DNA from: the human T2T-CHM13v2.0 reference genome, Homo sapiens | Strand: one strand, 5' to 3' | DNA: 64,000 nt | Assembly: GCF_009914755.1 (NCBI RefSeq) | Contig: NC_060927.1 | Shown: positions 1 through 14,785 of the stretch, piece after piece | How the letters are laid out: the number at the start of each line of letters is the position of its first letter | Position numbering within the stretch: position 1 is the stretch's first letter | Made by a program: the position numbers and the translations under genes | Notes under the pieces: generated by a model | Told to the model about the DNA's origin: nothing | Databases searched by the model: none | What the model saw: the letters and a program-made list of their open reading frames with translations, nothing else

Positions 1-564
1 GGCCACCCATGGACTAACTGGAACACACTTCCTCCTTTCTGAGGTCCATAAAATCCCTGGCTCAGCCAGAGCAGGGCCGAGGATGACCAGAGGATAAAGA
101 GGGCAGACAGACAATGGGAAAACCAGCTGCAGAGAGAAGCTACACTCTCTGCTGAGAGCTGCAGATGACAGGACAACCAGCTGTAGAGAGGAGCTACCCT
201 CTCTGCTGAGAGCTGCAGAGGTGACCTGCCAGCAGAGAGGAGCCACCCTCTCCAGGGCCTCATATCTGCTGAGAGCTACAGACATCAGGATGACCAGTAG
301 CAGAGAGAAGCTACCATCTCCAGGGCCTCCTCTCTGCTGAGAACTGAACACTTGACAGTAATCTGCCCACAGAGAGGAGCTACCCACTGCAGGTCTCCTA
401 TGAGTTGTTGTAATACTCAATAAAGCTTATCTTCATCTTGTTCACTCTTCACTTGTCTGCATACCTCATTCTTCCTGGACAATGCAGGACAAGAACTTGG
501 GCAAAAATGCTGCAGCCACAGAGGTTTCCAGCCAGCAAATCGACACCCTAAAGATCTAATAACA
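1..564 (+). mobile_element. ERV1 LTR, MER52/LTR1-group (5' part lies outside the window)
   Basis: Repeated AGAGAGGAGCTACC...CTCTGCTGAGAGCTG units, AATAAA at ~419, tail ...CTTGTCTGCATACCTCATTCTTCCTGGAC...TAACA; resembles the recalled MER52 consensus. Confidence 0.7.
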
Positions 565-1972
565 ATCTCAGGGTACAAAACTCACTGTAAAAGTAAGTAC
601 ACAGGAAAACACAGAATATTATAACACTGAAACTCTTATCCTAAGTAGAAAGACTAAACAATGAACCAATCTAAAATAATAACTACAACAACATTCCAAG
701 ACATAATCAGTACAATGAAATATAACAGAAACAACAAAAGTTAAAAATTGAGGGGATGAAACTAAGGCATAGAGTTTTTAATAGTTTTCTTTTTCCTTGT
801 TTGTTTAGGCAAATAGTGCTAAGTTTTTGTCTGGTTAAAATAAAAGGTTATAAGATAGATTTACAAGCCTCATGGTAACCTCAAGCCAAAAACATACAAT
901 GGATACACAAAAAATAAAAAGCAAGAAACTAAATTATATTACCAGAGAAAATCACTTTCACTAGAGGAAGATGAGAATGAAACAAAGAAGGAAGACCACA
1001 AAGTAACCAGAAAACAAATAACAAAATGGCAGGAGTTAGTCCTTACTTATCAATAATAACATTGAATGTAAAACTATAATAAGATATCACCTCACCCCAG
1101 TTAAAATGGCTTATATCCAAAAGACGGGCAATAACAAATGCTGGCAGGGATGTAGAGAAAAAGGAACCCTTGTACACTGTTGAATGTAAATTAGTACAAC
1201 CCACTACGGAGAACAGTTTTGAGGCTCCTCAGAAAACTAAAATTTAGCTACCGTATGATCCAGCAATTCCACTGATGCGTATGTACCCAAAAGAAAGAAA
1301 ATCAGTATATCAAAGAGATATCTGCACTCCTCTGTTTGTTGCAGCACTGTTTACAATAGCTAAGATTTGGAAGCAACCTAAGTGTCCATCAACAGACGAA
1401 TAGATAAAGAAAACATGGTACATATACACAATGAAGTACTGTTCAACAATAAACAAGAATGAGATCCAGTCATTTGCAACAACATGGATGGAACTGGAGA
1501 TCATTATGTTAAGAAAAGTAAGGTAGGCAAAGAAAGAGAAGCATTGCATGTTCTTACTTACTTGCGGGATCTGAAAATCTAAACAATTGAAATCATGGAC
1601 ATAGAAAGTACAAGGATGGGTTACCAGAGGCTGGAAAGGGTATTGGAGGGCTCGAGGAAGGTAAGGATGGTTAATGGGTACAAAAAAAATAGAAAAAATA
1701 AATAAGACATATGATTTGATAGCACAATAGGGTGATTATAATCAATAATAACTTAATTGTACATTTTAAAATAACTTATAAAGTATAATTGGTTTGTTTG
1801 TAATTCAAAGGATAAATGCTTGAGGGAATGGATACTCCCATTTTCTATGATATGCTTATTTCACATTGCATGCCTGTATCAAACATCTCAAGTATCCCAT
1901 GAATATATACACCTACTATGTACCCACACATATTTTAAAAACTGTAAAACTTAAAAATTTTTTTAAATAAAA
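565..1972 (+). mobile_element. L1MA (L1MA2-like) with internal deletion of most of ORF2
   Basis: Inter-ORF region, ORF2 start ATGGCAGGAG at 1026, jump at ~1070 to the ORF2 C-terminus (GATATCACCTCACCCCAGTTAAAATGG), then L1MA 3'UTR and A-rich tail. Confidence 0.85.
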
Positions 1973-2164
1973 GCACATTAGACTGGGAGAACAGAAGCCT
2001 GGGTCAGACATCATACAAACACAGCCCCATAAGTCCAGTCTTCTCTACATGTGTGTTTTGTTTGACTCACACTGTTTTTGCTTTTGTTTTTGTTCATTGT
2101 ATTTTTCAATTAAAATATTTTCATATAATTCTGAATTCCCAACTTTTATTTAAAAAGCAGATGA

Positions 2165-2452
<288 letters not shown>

Positions 2453-3524
2453 ACTTTTAAAATTTAAAAATAAAAGGCAGATGATCTGTCTATACTGAGC
2501 CCTCATTTTCACATATAAATAATCAGTTTGAACTGTTTGTCAGTGACCTTCCCCCTATGCTATTTACCACATTTCCCATGATCTCCTTTTATGTTATATT
2601 TTATATACTTGGCCTTTCTAACAGTTGACTCTGTGACCATTGACCAAACTTCTAACAAAAATTGTGCCACCAACAAGCTGATTGACCTCAAACAAGTTAA
2701 TACATCTCTTTTGGACTCAATGTCTTCATATGACATTGGAGGAAGGGGTCTTAGGGTAGTTGATATCCTCACCTCTGAATTCTTCAGACTCTACTACTTA
2801 TTCTAAAATTTAGAATACTCTCTTGTTAGAAGTAGACTGCCTGCTGTAACTTCTACTATCAGTGAAATCTTCTTATGACTATCATTAAATTTAAAAATAG
2901 TTTTATTAGCTTTTAGTCACAAGAAAAGAATTCGCAAATTTAGGAGCACTAAAAAGAAATATACTTCAATCTTAAAGCCCTCAGAACGGCTTATCTGATG
3001 TCAGACTTGATTTGGAAAATTTTGACTGAACAGCTTCTGTTTATAACTTGGGGGCTGTTGATCTCAACTAGATTATAGCTGATGTTGCCTATTTAAAGCC
3101 CAAATAAATATTAAAGAAAAGAGAAAGATGGGAGTGTATTCATTTTCTTCAATTAAATCTTCCACGCAACTGATTGAGGAAGTAATTTTCTCAGTAGTCA
3201 CCCAAACTTTCTTTGCCATAATTACTCTGCATTGTCTAATTTGGATTTGTTTTCAAGTTATTATTTCAAAAAAGTCACTGAGTACTTTTTTTTACTAGTA
3301 TCTCCTACTATCATGTTCTCAAAGGCATGTTATATATTCACTGGATCATACCAGAACAATTGTGAACACAATCAAATTATTCCGGGATCATAAAGAATAC
3401 ACGGTAAGATTTTTCCAAAAAACAAAATATTTAAAAGGCAAACTGGTAGGTGTATTAATTGTGCCTCTTAAGCTTGTCATTACAGAAGTTCCTTTTTATT
3501 TCTCCAAGTCAGAAAAGTTTAAGG

Positions 3525-3640
3525 TCTTGTCACTCACAGTGTGGTGTGTGAACCAGCTACATCAGCTTTCCCTGGGAGATTGTTAGGCAAGCAGAATCTC
3601 AGACTCTACCCCAGACCTGCTGCATTAAAACTCACAGTTT
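3525..3640 (+). mobile_element. MER5A hAT DNA transposon, left part (continues at 7087-7148)
   Basis: CAGAATCTCAGACTCTACCCCAGACCTGCTGCAT matches MER5A; sequence resumes as TTTAACCAGACCCCCTGGTGATT after the L1. Confidence 0.7.
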
Positions 3641-5433
3641 AGAGTGAGAGTAGATGATGGCCAAGAAGAATCCCAGTGATAATTCTCTCCTGCCCGCCAT
3701 GGTAGGAACACCAAATTGAACAACTATACACACAAGAAAGCACCTTCCTAAGAACAAAATTCACAGTACCTGGTTCTAACATCATATAAGATGAGAAAAG
3801 GAAAGATAGTATTGAAATCACAATGGATTACAGACAAATATTAGACCTCAAACTACGAAACTACTAAAAGAAAACATTAGGGAAACTCTCCAGGACATTG
3901 GACTGGGCAAAGATTTATTGAGTAATACTCCAAAGCACAGGCAACCCAAGCAAAAATGGACAAATGGGAACATCTCAAGTTAAAGAACTTCTGCACAGCA
4001 AAGGAAACAATCAACAAAATGAAGAAACAACCCACAGAATGGGGAAAAAAATTTGCAAACTATCTATCTGACAAGGGATTAATAAAAGGAATATATAAGG
4101 AGCTTGAACAACTCAATAGGAAAAAAATCTAATAATCCAATTTAAAAATGGGCAAAAGATTTAGACATTTCTCAAAAAAAGACATACAAATGGCAAACAC
4201 ATATATGGAAAGGTGCTCAACATCACCAATCATCAGAGAAATACAAATCAAATGAGATATTATTATCTCACCCCAGTTAAAATTGACTGTATCCAAAAGA
4301 CAGGCAGTAACAAATGCTGGTGAGAATGTAAAGAAAAAGGAACCCTCATACACTGTTGGTGGGAATGTAAATTAGTACAGCCACTATGGAGAACAATATG
4401 TAAGTTTCTCAGATAACTAAAAATATAACTACTATATGATCCAGCAATCCCACTGCTAGGTATACGCTCAAAAGAAATAAAATCAGTAAATCAAAGAGAT
4501 ATACTTTTATTTTATAATAAGCACTGCCATGTGTTTATTGCACTGCCATGCTTATTCACAATAGCCAAGATTTGGAAGCAACCTAAATGTCCATCGACAG
4601 ATGAATGGAAAAAGAAAATGTGGTACATATACACAACAGAGTACTATTCAACCATTAAAAAGTAGGAGATTCTGTCATATGCAACATGCATGGCACTGGA
4701 GGACATTATGTTAAGTGAAATAAGCCGGGCACAGAAAGATAGACTTCACATGTTCTCATTCATTTGTGGGAGGTAAAAATTAAAACAATTAAATTCATGG
4801 AGATAGAGAGTAGAATGATGATTACCAGAGGCTGCTAAGAATAATGCAGGGCAGGGACGGACCCTGGTATGGTTAATAAGTACAAAAATATAGTTAGAAA
4901 GAATTAATAAGATCTAGTATTTGATAGCACAACAGGGTGATTACAGTCAACAAAAGTTGTTATACATTTTTAAATAACTACAGGAGTATATAAATGGGAT
5001 GTCTGTAACACAAAGAAATGATAAATGCTTGAGGTGATGGATACCGTATTTGCCCTAATGTGATTTTTTTTAATTTTTCTTTTTTATTTCAATTGGTTTT
5101 GGGGTAACAGGTGGTGTTTGGTTATATGGGTAAGTTCTTTAATGATTATTTCTGAGATTTTGGTGCACCCATCACCTGAGCAGGTGTAGAGTAACTGTAC
5201 CTGATGTGTAGTCTTTTATCCCTCACCCCCTCCTGCCCTTCTCCTGAGTCCCCAAAGTCCATTGTATCATTCTTTGCATCCTCATAGCTTAGCCCCCACT
5301 TATAAGTGAGAATGTAAGATATTTGGTTTTCTATTCCTGAGTTACTTCACTTAGAGTAATGGTCTCCAATTCCATCTAGGTTGTTGCAAATGCCGTTATT
5401 TTATTCCTTTTCATGGCTGAGTAGTATTCCATG

Positions 5434-5472
<39 letters not shown>

Positions 5473-7086
5473 TCACATTTTCTTTATCCATTCATTGATT
5501 GATGGGCATTTGAGCTGGTTCCATATTTTTGCGATTGCAAATTGTGCTGCTATAAACATGTGTGTGCACATATCTTTTTTGTATAATGACCTCTTTTCTT
5601 TTGGGTAGATACCCAGGAGTGGGACTGCTGGATCAAACGGTAGATCTACTTTTGGTTATTTAAGGAATCTTCACAGTGAAAAGGAAACTACTAATGGTGG
5701 TACCAGTTTACAGTCCCACCAGCAGTGTAAAAGTGTTCCCTTTTCACCACATCCATGCCAACATCTATTTTTTTTTATTATGGACATTCTTGCAGCAGTG
5801 AGGTGGTATCACACTGTGGTTTTGATTTGCATTTCCTTGATAATTAGTGATGTTGAGTATTTTTATATGTTTGTTGGCCATTTGTATGGTTTCTTTTGAG
5901 AATTGTCTATTCATGTCCTTAGCCCACTTTTTGATGAGATTATTTTTTCTTGCTGATTTGAGTTCCTTGTAGATTCTCCATATTAACTCTTTGTTGGATG
6001 CATAGTTTGTGAAGATTTTCTCCCATTCTGTGGGTTGTCTATTTACTCTGCTAAAGATTTCTTCTGCTGTGCAGAAGCTTTTTAGTTTAATTATGTCCCA
6101 TTTATTTATCTTGGTTTTTGTTGCATTTGTCTTTGGGTTCTTGGTCATAAAGTCTTTACCTAAGCCAATGTCTAGAAGGGGTTTTCCAATGTTATCTTAT
6201 AGAATTTTTATGGTTTCAGGTCTTAGATTTAAGTCTTTGATCCATCCTGAGTTGATTTTTGTATAAGGTGAGAGATGAGGATCTAGTTTCATTCTCTACA
6301 TGTGGCTTGCCAATTATCCCAGCACCATTTGTTAAATAAGGTGTTCTTTCCCCACTTTATGTTTTTGTTTGCTTTATTGAAGGTCAGTTGGCTGTAAGTA
6401 TGTGGCCTTATTTCTGGGTTATTTATTCTGCTTCATTGGCCTATGTGCCTATTTTTACACCAGTACCATGCTGTTTTGGTGACTCTAGCCTTATAGTATA
6501 TTTTGAAGTCAGGTAATGTAATGCTTTCAGATTTGTTCTTTTTGCTTAGTCATGCTTTGGCTATGCAGGCTCTTTTTTGATACCATAAAAATTTTAGAAT
6601 TGTTTTTCTAGTTCTGTGAAGAATGATGGTGGTATTTGGATGGGAACTGCATTAATTTATAGATTGCTTTTGGCAGTATGGTCATTTTCACAATATTGAT
6701 TCTATCCATCCATGAGCATAGGATTTGTTTGTCATTTGTTCCATTTGTTTGTGTCATCTGATTTCTTTCAGCAGTGTTTTGTAGTTTTCCTTGCAGAGGT
6801 CTTTCACCTCCTTGGTTAGGTCTATTCCTAAGTATTTTGATTTTTTGCAGCTATTGTAGAATGGGTTGAATTCTTGATTTGATTCTCAGCTTGGTCACTG
6901 TTGGTATATAGCAGGACTACTCATTTGTGTACATTAATTTTGTATTCTGAAACCTTACTGAATTTATTTATCAGTTCTTGCCCTGATGTGATTATTCTGC
7001 ATTGTATGCTTGTATCAAAATATCTCATGTACCCCATAAATATATTCATGTACTATGTATCCACAAAATTTAAAAATAATTTTTTA
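3641..7086 (+). mobile_element. L1MA (L1MA3/4-like): 5'UTR tip fused to ORF2 3' end and 3'UTR, TSD-flanked, interrupted by an L1PB
   Basis: 5'UTR GATGGCC...GGAACACCAAATT...CACAGTACCTGG (3641-3820); ORF2 end from ~3820; 3'UTR to 5065, resuming 6994-7086; TSD AAAACTCACAGTTT (3627-3640) / AAAACTCTACAGTTT (7087-7101). Confidence 0.85.
5066..6977 (-). mobile_element. 5'-truncated L1PB (L1PB1-like)
   Basis: Reverse L1 3'UTR and ORF2 end (ORF 5765-6148 MTKNPK...FCTA); (TG)n at 5436-5470; TSD TTGCCCTAATGTGATT (5050-5065) / TTGCCCTGATGTGATT (6978-6993). Confidence 0.9.
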
Positions 7087-7148
7087 AAAACTCTACAGTT
7101 TAACCAGACCCCCTGGTGATTTATGTGTAGATCATAATTGGAGAAGCT

Positions 7149-7500
7149 AAGGTTTGAGTATGTCCCCCAAAACTCATGTGCTGGAAGCTTAATCCTCATT
7201 ATAACATTGTTGGAAGATAAGGCCTAATGATTAGTGGTGGTTAGACCATGAGGGCTTTACCCTCATGAATGGATGAGTGGTGGGTGAGTTATCACAGGAA
7301 TGGTTTCCTTACAAAAGGATAATTTTGGCCCCCTTTTCTCTCATGTGCCCTCTATTTGTGCTTCTGTCATGGGATGATACAGCAATAATTCCCTTCCCAG
7401 ATGATCTTGGACTTCCCAGCCTCCAGAACCCTAAGCTAATACATTTCTGCCTATAAATTATTTAGTGTGTAGTAGTATGTTGTAGCAACACAAAACAGAG
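7149..7500 (+). mobile_element. MaLR LTR (MST-type)
   Basis: GGTTTGAGTATGTCCCCCAAAACTCATGTG...CTTGGACTTCCCAGCCTCCAGAAC...GTAGCAACACAAAACAG. Confidence 0.75.
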
Positions 7501-7689
7501 AAGCACTGGTTTGGGGCACAACGGAAGAGTAATGTGTAAGCCTGAGCTCTAATCCTGATTCTGCCACTTACTAACCTTACTAAATTTCACCTTAGTTTCT
7601 TCATCTTAAAAGTGAGACTAAATAATAACCCCCAGGGATGTTCTGTGATTTTATTTTATTGCATCTGAAGGCCAGAGTAATCCCTCAAT

Positions 7690-7811
7690 AAAATTTGTCA
7701 AATCTAGCTACCAAAAAAGTTGGAACCATTTAGTAACCCCCTATTAAAAACCCCTAAAATATTTGTCAAATCTAGCTACAAAAAAAAGTTGGAACCATTT
7801 AGTAACCCCTT
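7690..7811. repeat. Direct duplication of ~52 bp
   Basis: ATTTGTCAAATCTAGCTAC(A)nGTTGGAACCATTTAGTAACCCC occurs at ~7693 and ~7761. Confidence 0.9.
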
Positions 7812-7929
7812 TAACTTCTACTTTGAAGTTAAAATTCAAATGTATTTTTACGTATCATTTTTTCACCATGAGCTGAATCTGTTCATTTTTATTAAAATGT
7901 AGAATTAGTTTCTTTGCTGCTTCTTCTTA

Positions 7930-10162
<2,233 letters not shown>

Positions 10163-10560
10163 TAAAAAGAAATGGTTTCTTCCCCTTCCCTCTATATTCC
10201 TTCAATTTATCTTTCCTCTAAACACAAAAGAAGGGGAGAACCCTAAAGAGAAAAAAATCAAATGAGCACTATAGTAATTTTTCAGAACTTCAAAATGAAT
10301 GTAAGTAAATTAAACTCTTTCAAAGCTGCACATATAGCCCTGAAGAGGCCCTTCTGTTAAATGGTTAAATAAGAAGACAAGAACACAAAGCAAACTTATC
10401 CATAGCACGTATCCAATGTCTGTGTAAAACCCTTGATCTGTTCACAGGGAGATGGCAGCAAGATAGCCAAAGAGCAGAAGCTTGCCAAACTAAATAAAGA
10501 AAATCAAGACAAAGAGCAGGAATAAATGTAACAAAGATACCATAACGATATCTTGGAGTT

Positions 10561-10712
10561 ATGGTCAGGTGGAATAATCCTTATCTGTTTCTCCTTTTGA
10601 AGGGCAGATTAGAACATGATAATTGGAGTTCACATGATACATGATTAAAGTCTCTGTGTAATCATGACTTACAATATCCTGATTATTCCTATCTTATTCT
10701 TCCCGAAAAAAA
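10561..10712 (+). pseudogene. U8 snoRNA (SNORD118-like) retropseudogene
   Basis: ATGGTCAGGTGGAATAATCCTTATCTGTT...GGGCAGATTAGAACATGATAATTGGAG...CCTGATTATTCCTATCTTATT aligns full length to recalled human U8; followed by CTTCCCG and A7. Confidence 0.9.
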
Positions 10713-12196
10713 TATATATTAGAGGTTTATGGCTAAAATATGGGATGTGGGTGATCAATAGCCACAAGGAGCACCTGATGACCCTTTGATTAACCTGGGA
10801 CCCCAGGTTTTGAGATATGGACCAAAGCTATAAACTGTGAAATAGTCAATTATGTCTGTAATATGAAAGAAACTGCTCTTCCAATTTTGGTTAATGATAG
10901 GTTTTTTTCTATATAAATGATGATCTTATCAACCAAATTAGGGGGATTTTTAAAATTCATTTTATAAAATATAGTTTAACTCAAGTGACTCTCTAGTTAC
11001 AACCTGCTTGTGGATCTTAAGTATAGCTACTTCAATCCTTTTTGCCAATGCCACTAGATTAATAGTTCTCACCTACCAAATGGCAAGGCTTCCATCCTTT
11101 CTGATGTCTCTTAGATACTCCAAAGTGGATGGGGACTATCTCACATAGAATTTCCACAGCTTCCTGTGTCTCTGCTATCCTTATGCTCTGGCGCTTTACA
11201 TTCCTCTTAGCTAATTCTGCTTAGCATAGAGCCCACATGGTGTCAATGGCCTTTGACATCCTTTGGAGTGTCTATCTTCTCAAATTCTGATGCTTGGGAT
11301 GACATCCTACCTGCCTCCAAGTTCCTGTCATAAACACCACCTGATACTTTATTCGGGTCACCAATACCTTGGTGTTAACCCAACCTTGACCTCCAGTCCT
11401 CACCTCTCTCTGACTGGTAGAGAAATGATGTCCACATTTTCAACCCTTCCATGAGAAGGGAGAAGGAATCTGACAGCAGAAATGTTTGGGCTCATAGTAA
11501 TAAACTGCTTTTAACTTCGGCACATAACTATCTCTTTTCCAGGGTCATAAGTGACCACAGAAGTCTGAGCTGTGTAAATTTAAAAGCAGCCTCACATTTG
11601 TACCCTACATCAATTCTCTCTTCCCATTGTGACAGACTCTTTCATTTGTTGTAGTAATTCTTTTCTCTAAGGAACCCCTTTGTCTCTTATTTTACTCTGG
11701 TTTCCTTTGAAGATTCTAATGAAGCCACTTTCTGTCCTTCACAAATGTCAGTAAGAGTCTGACCCTGATGTCAGACAAAGCCAGAGGTGGAGTTAGAAGC
11801 ATGAGGTAGACTGACAGTAAAGTATTTGATACCTTGATATGTTCAGTCCTGACTTTGCTAGTCTGAAATTTTAAAACTAATTAATAGCATATTTTGAATT
11901 ATTAGAGACATAACTTCATATTAAAATGGTCCTAGTCAGCATTTTACATGAAAATATTTTCTCAAATATTGAGAGCACTTGTTTCAAGTCTCGGATCAAT
12001 CTCAATGTTACTTGCTAAAAATGTGAAGGTAGGATATGAGCCCAATAATCAGATTACAAAATTCACACCTACCATTAATTCTACTTGCAAACCAACATAT
12101 GAAATAAAAATGCGTTCACAGTCTTTAACTTTCAATAATATACATGTTTCAAATAAAAGAATCTTGGTAAATATAAAGGCCAATAACTTCATTTTA

Positions 12197-14785
12197 TTTT
12201 ATTTTTTAATGATTTCAACTTTTCTTTTAGAAATGGGGGTACATGTGTAGGTTTGTTACCTGGTCATATTGCATGATTCTGAGATTTGGGGTATGATTGA
12301 TCCCATCACCCAAATACTGAGAACAGTACCTAATAGGTAGTTTTTCAACCCATCTCCCTCGCCCTTCAAGTAGTCCAGAGTGTCTATTGGTACCATCTTT
12401 ATGTCCCTGAGTGCCCAATGTTTAGCTCTAACTTACGAGTGAGAACATGCAATATTTGGTTTTCTGTTCCTGTGTTAATTTGCTTAGGATAATGGCCTTC
12501 AGCTGCATTCATGTTGCTGCAAAGGATGAGATTTCATTCTTTTTTACAGCTACATACTATTCCATGGTACGTATGTGCCATATTTTCTTTATCCACTGGT
12601 GATGGGCGCGTAGGTTGATTCCATGTCTTTGCTACTATGAATGGTGCTGCAATGAACATATGCATGCATGTGCCTCTTTGGTAAAATAACTTATTTTCTT
12701 TTGGGTATATAACCTGGAAGGGGATTGCTGAGTTGAATGGTGGTTCAGTTTTGAGTTCTTTGAGAAATCTCCAAACTGCTTTCCACAGTGGCTGAACTAA
12801 TTTACATTCCCACTAACAGCGTGTAAGTGTTCCCTTTCCTCTGCAGCCTCACCAGCATCTGTTGTTTTTTGACTGTTTAATGATAGCCATTCTGACTGGT
12901 GTGAGATGGTATCTCATTGCGGTTTTGATTTTCATTTCTCTAGTGATTAGTGATGTTAAACATTTTTTCATATGCTTATTGGCATTGTGTGTCTTCTTTT
13001 GAGAAGTGTGTTCATGTCCTTTGCCCATTTTTAATAGGGTTGTTTTTGATTGTTGATTTAAGTTCCTATAGATTCTAAATATTAGGCTTTTATTAGAGGC
13101 ACAGTTTGCAAATATTTTCTTCCATTCAGTAGGTTGTTTGTTTACTCTGTCGATAGTTCTTTTGCTGTGCAGAAGCTATTTACTTTCATTAGGTTCTACT
13201 TGTCAATTTTTGGTTTTGTTGCAATTGCTTTTGGGGGCTTTGCCAAAAATTATTTGCCAAGGCTGATATAGAGAAGGGTATTTCCTAGGTTTTCTTCTAG
13301 GATTTTTATAGCTTGAGGTCTTATTTTTAAATATTTAACCCATCTTGCGTTAATTTTTGTATATGGTGAAAGGTAGGCATCTAGTTTCATTTTTCTGCAT
13401 ATGGCTAGCCAGCTATCCCAGCACCACTTATTGAATAGGGAGTCCTTCCCCCATTGCTTATTTGTGTTGGCTTTGTCAAAGATCAGATGGCTGCAGGTGT
13501 TCAGCTTTATTTCTGGGTTTTTTATTCTGTTCCATTGGTCTAGGTGTCTTTTTTTGCGCCAGTACCATAATGTTTTGCTTACTGTAGCCTTTTAGCATAA
13601 TTTGAAGTCAGGTAGTGTAAAGCCTCCAGCTTTGTTAACATCCTGGACCCGATGGAGTCACAGACAAATTCTATCAGATATACAAAGAACTGTTATCAAT
13701 CCTACTGAAACTATTCCAAAAAAAATTGAGGAGGAGGGGCTCCTCTCTAACTCATTTTATGAAGCCAGCATCAGCCTGATAGCAAAAACTGGCACAGGCA
13801 TAATGAAATAAGAAAGCTTCAGGCTAATATTCCTGATGAACATAGATGCAAAATTCCCCAACAAAATACTAGCAAACCAAATCCGGGAGCACACCAAAAA
13901 GTTAACACACCCTGATCAAGTAGGCTTTATTCCTGGGATGTACAGCTGGTTCAACATATGCAATCAATAAATGTAATTTACCACATAAACAGAATTAAAA
14001 GAAAAATCCATATGATTATCTCAATAGATGCAGCAAAAGCATACAATAAAATCCAAAATCCCTTGATAATAAAAACCCTCAACAGACTAGGCATAAAAGG
14101 AACATACCTCAAAATAATAGGAGCCATCAATGAAAAACCCACAGCCAGCATCATACTGAACAAGCAAAAGCTGGAACCATTCCCCTTGATAATTGGAACA
14201 AGAAAAAGATGCCCTCTCCCACCACTCCTATTCAGTATAGTACTGGAAGTTCTAGCCAGTGCAATCAGGCAAGAGAAAGAAATAAAATGAATCCAAATAG
14301 GAAAGGAAGAAGTCAAACTATCTCTTTTCACTGATGATATGATTGATATGATTCTATACCTAGAAATCCCTAAAGACTCCACAAAAGGCTCCTATAACTG
14401 ATAAATGCCTTTAGCAAAGTTTCAGGATACAAAATCAATGTATAAAAATCAGTAGCATTTCTATATATCAATAACATTCAAGTTGAGAGTCAAATCGAGA
14501 ACAAAATCCCATTTACAGTAGGCACACAAAAAAACTGAAATACCTAACATATTTAACCAAGGAGGTGAAAGATATCTACAAGAAGAACTACAAAACACTG
14601 CTGAAAGACATCAGAGACAACACAAATAAATGGAAAAACATTCCATGCTCATGAATTGGAAGAATCAATATCGTTAAAATGGCCATACTGTCCCCCAAAA
14701 TTTACAGATTCAACACTATTCCTATCAAACTGCCAAAGTCATTTTCCAGAGAAACAGGAAAAAACTATTCTAAAATTCCTATGGT
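12197..14785 (-). mobile_element. Older L1PA (L1PA13-16-like) with 5' inversion
   Basis: 3'UTR and ORF2 end on the minus strand 12197-13635; inverted RT region on the plus strand 13640-14784 ([14 protein letters not shown]); degenerate TSD ACTTCATTTTA (12186-12196) / ACTTCATCTTA (14786-14796). Confidence 0.9.
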
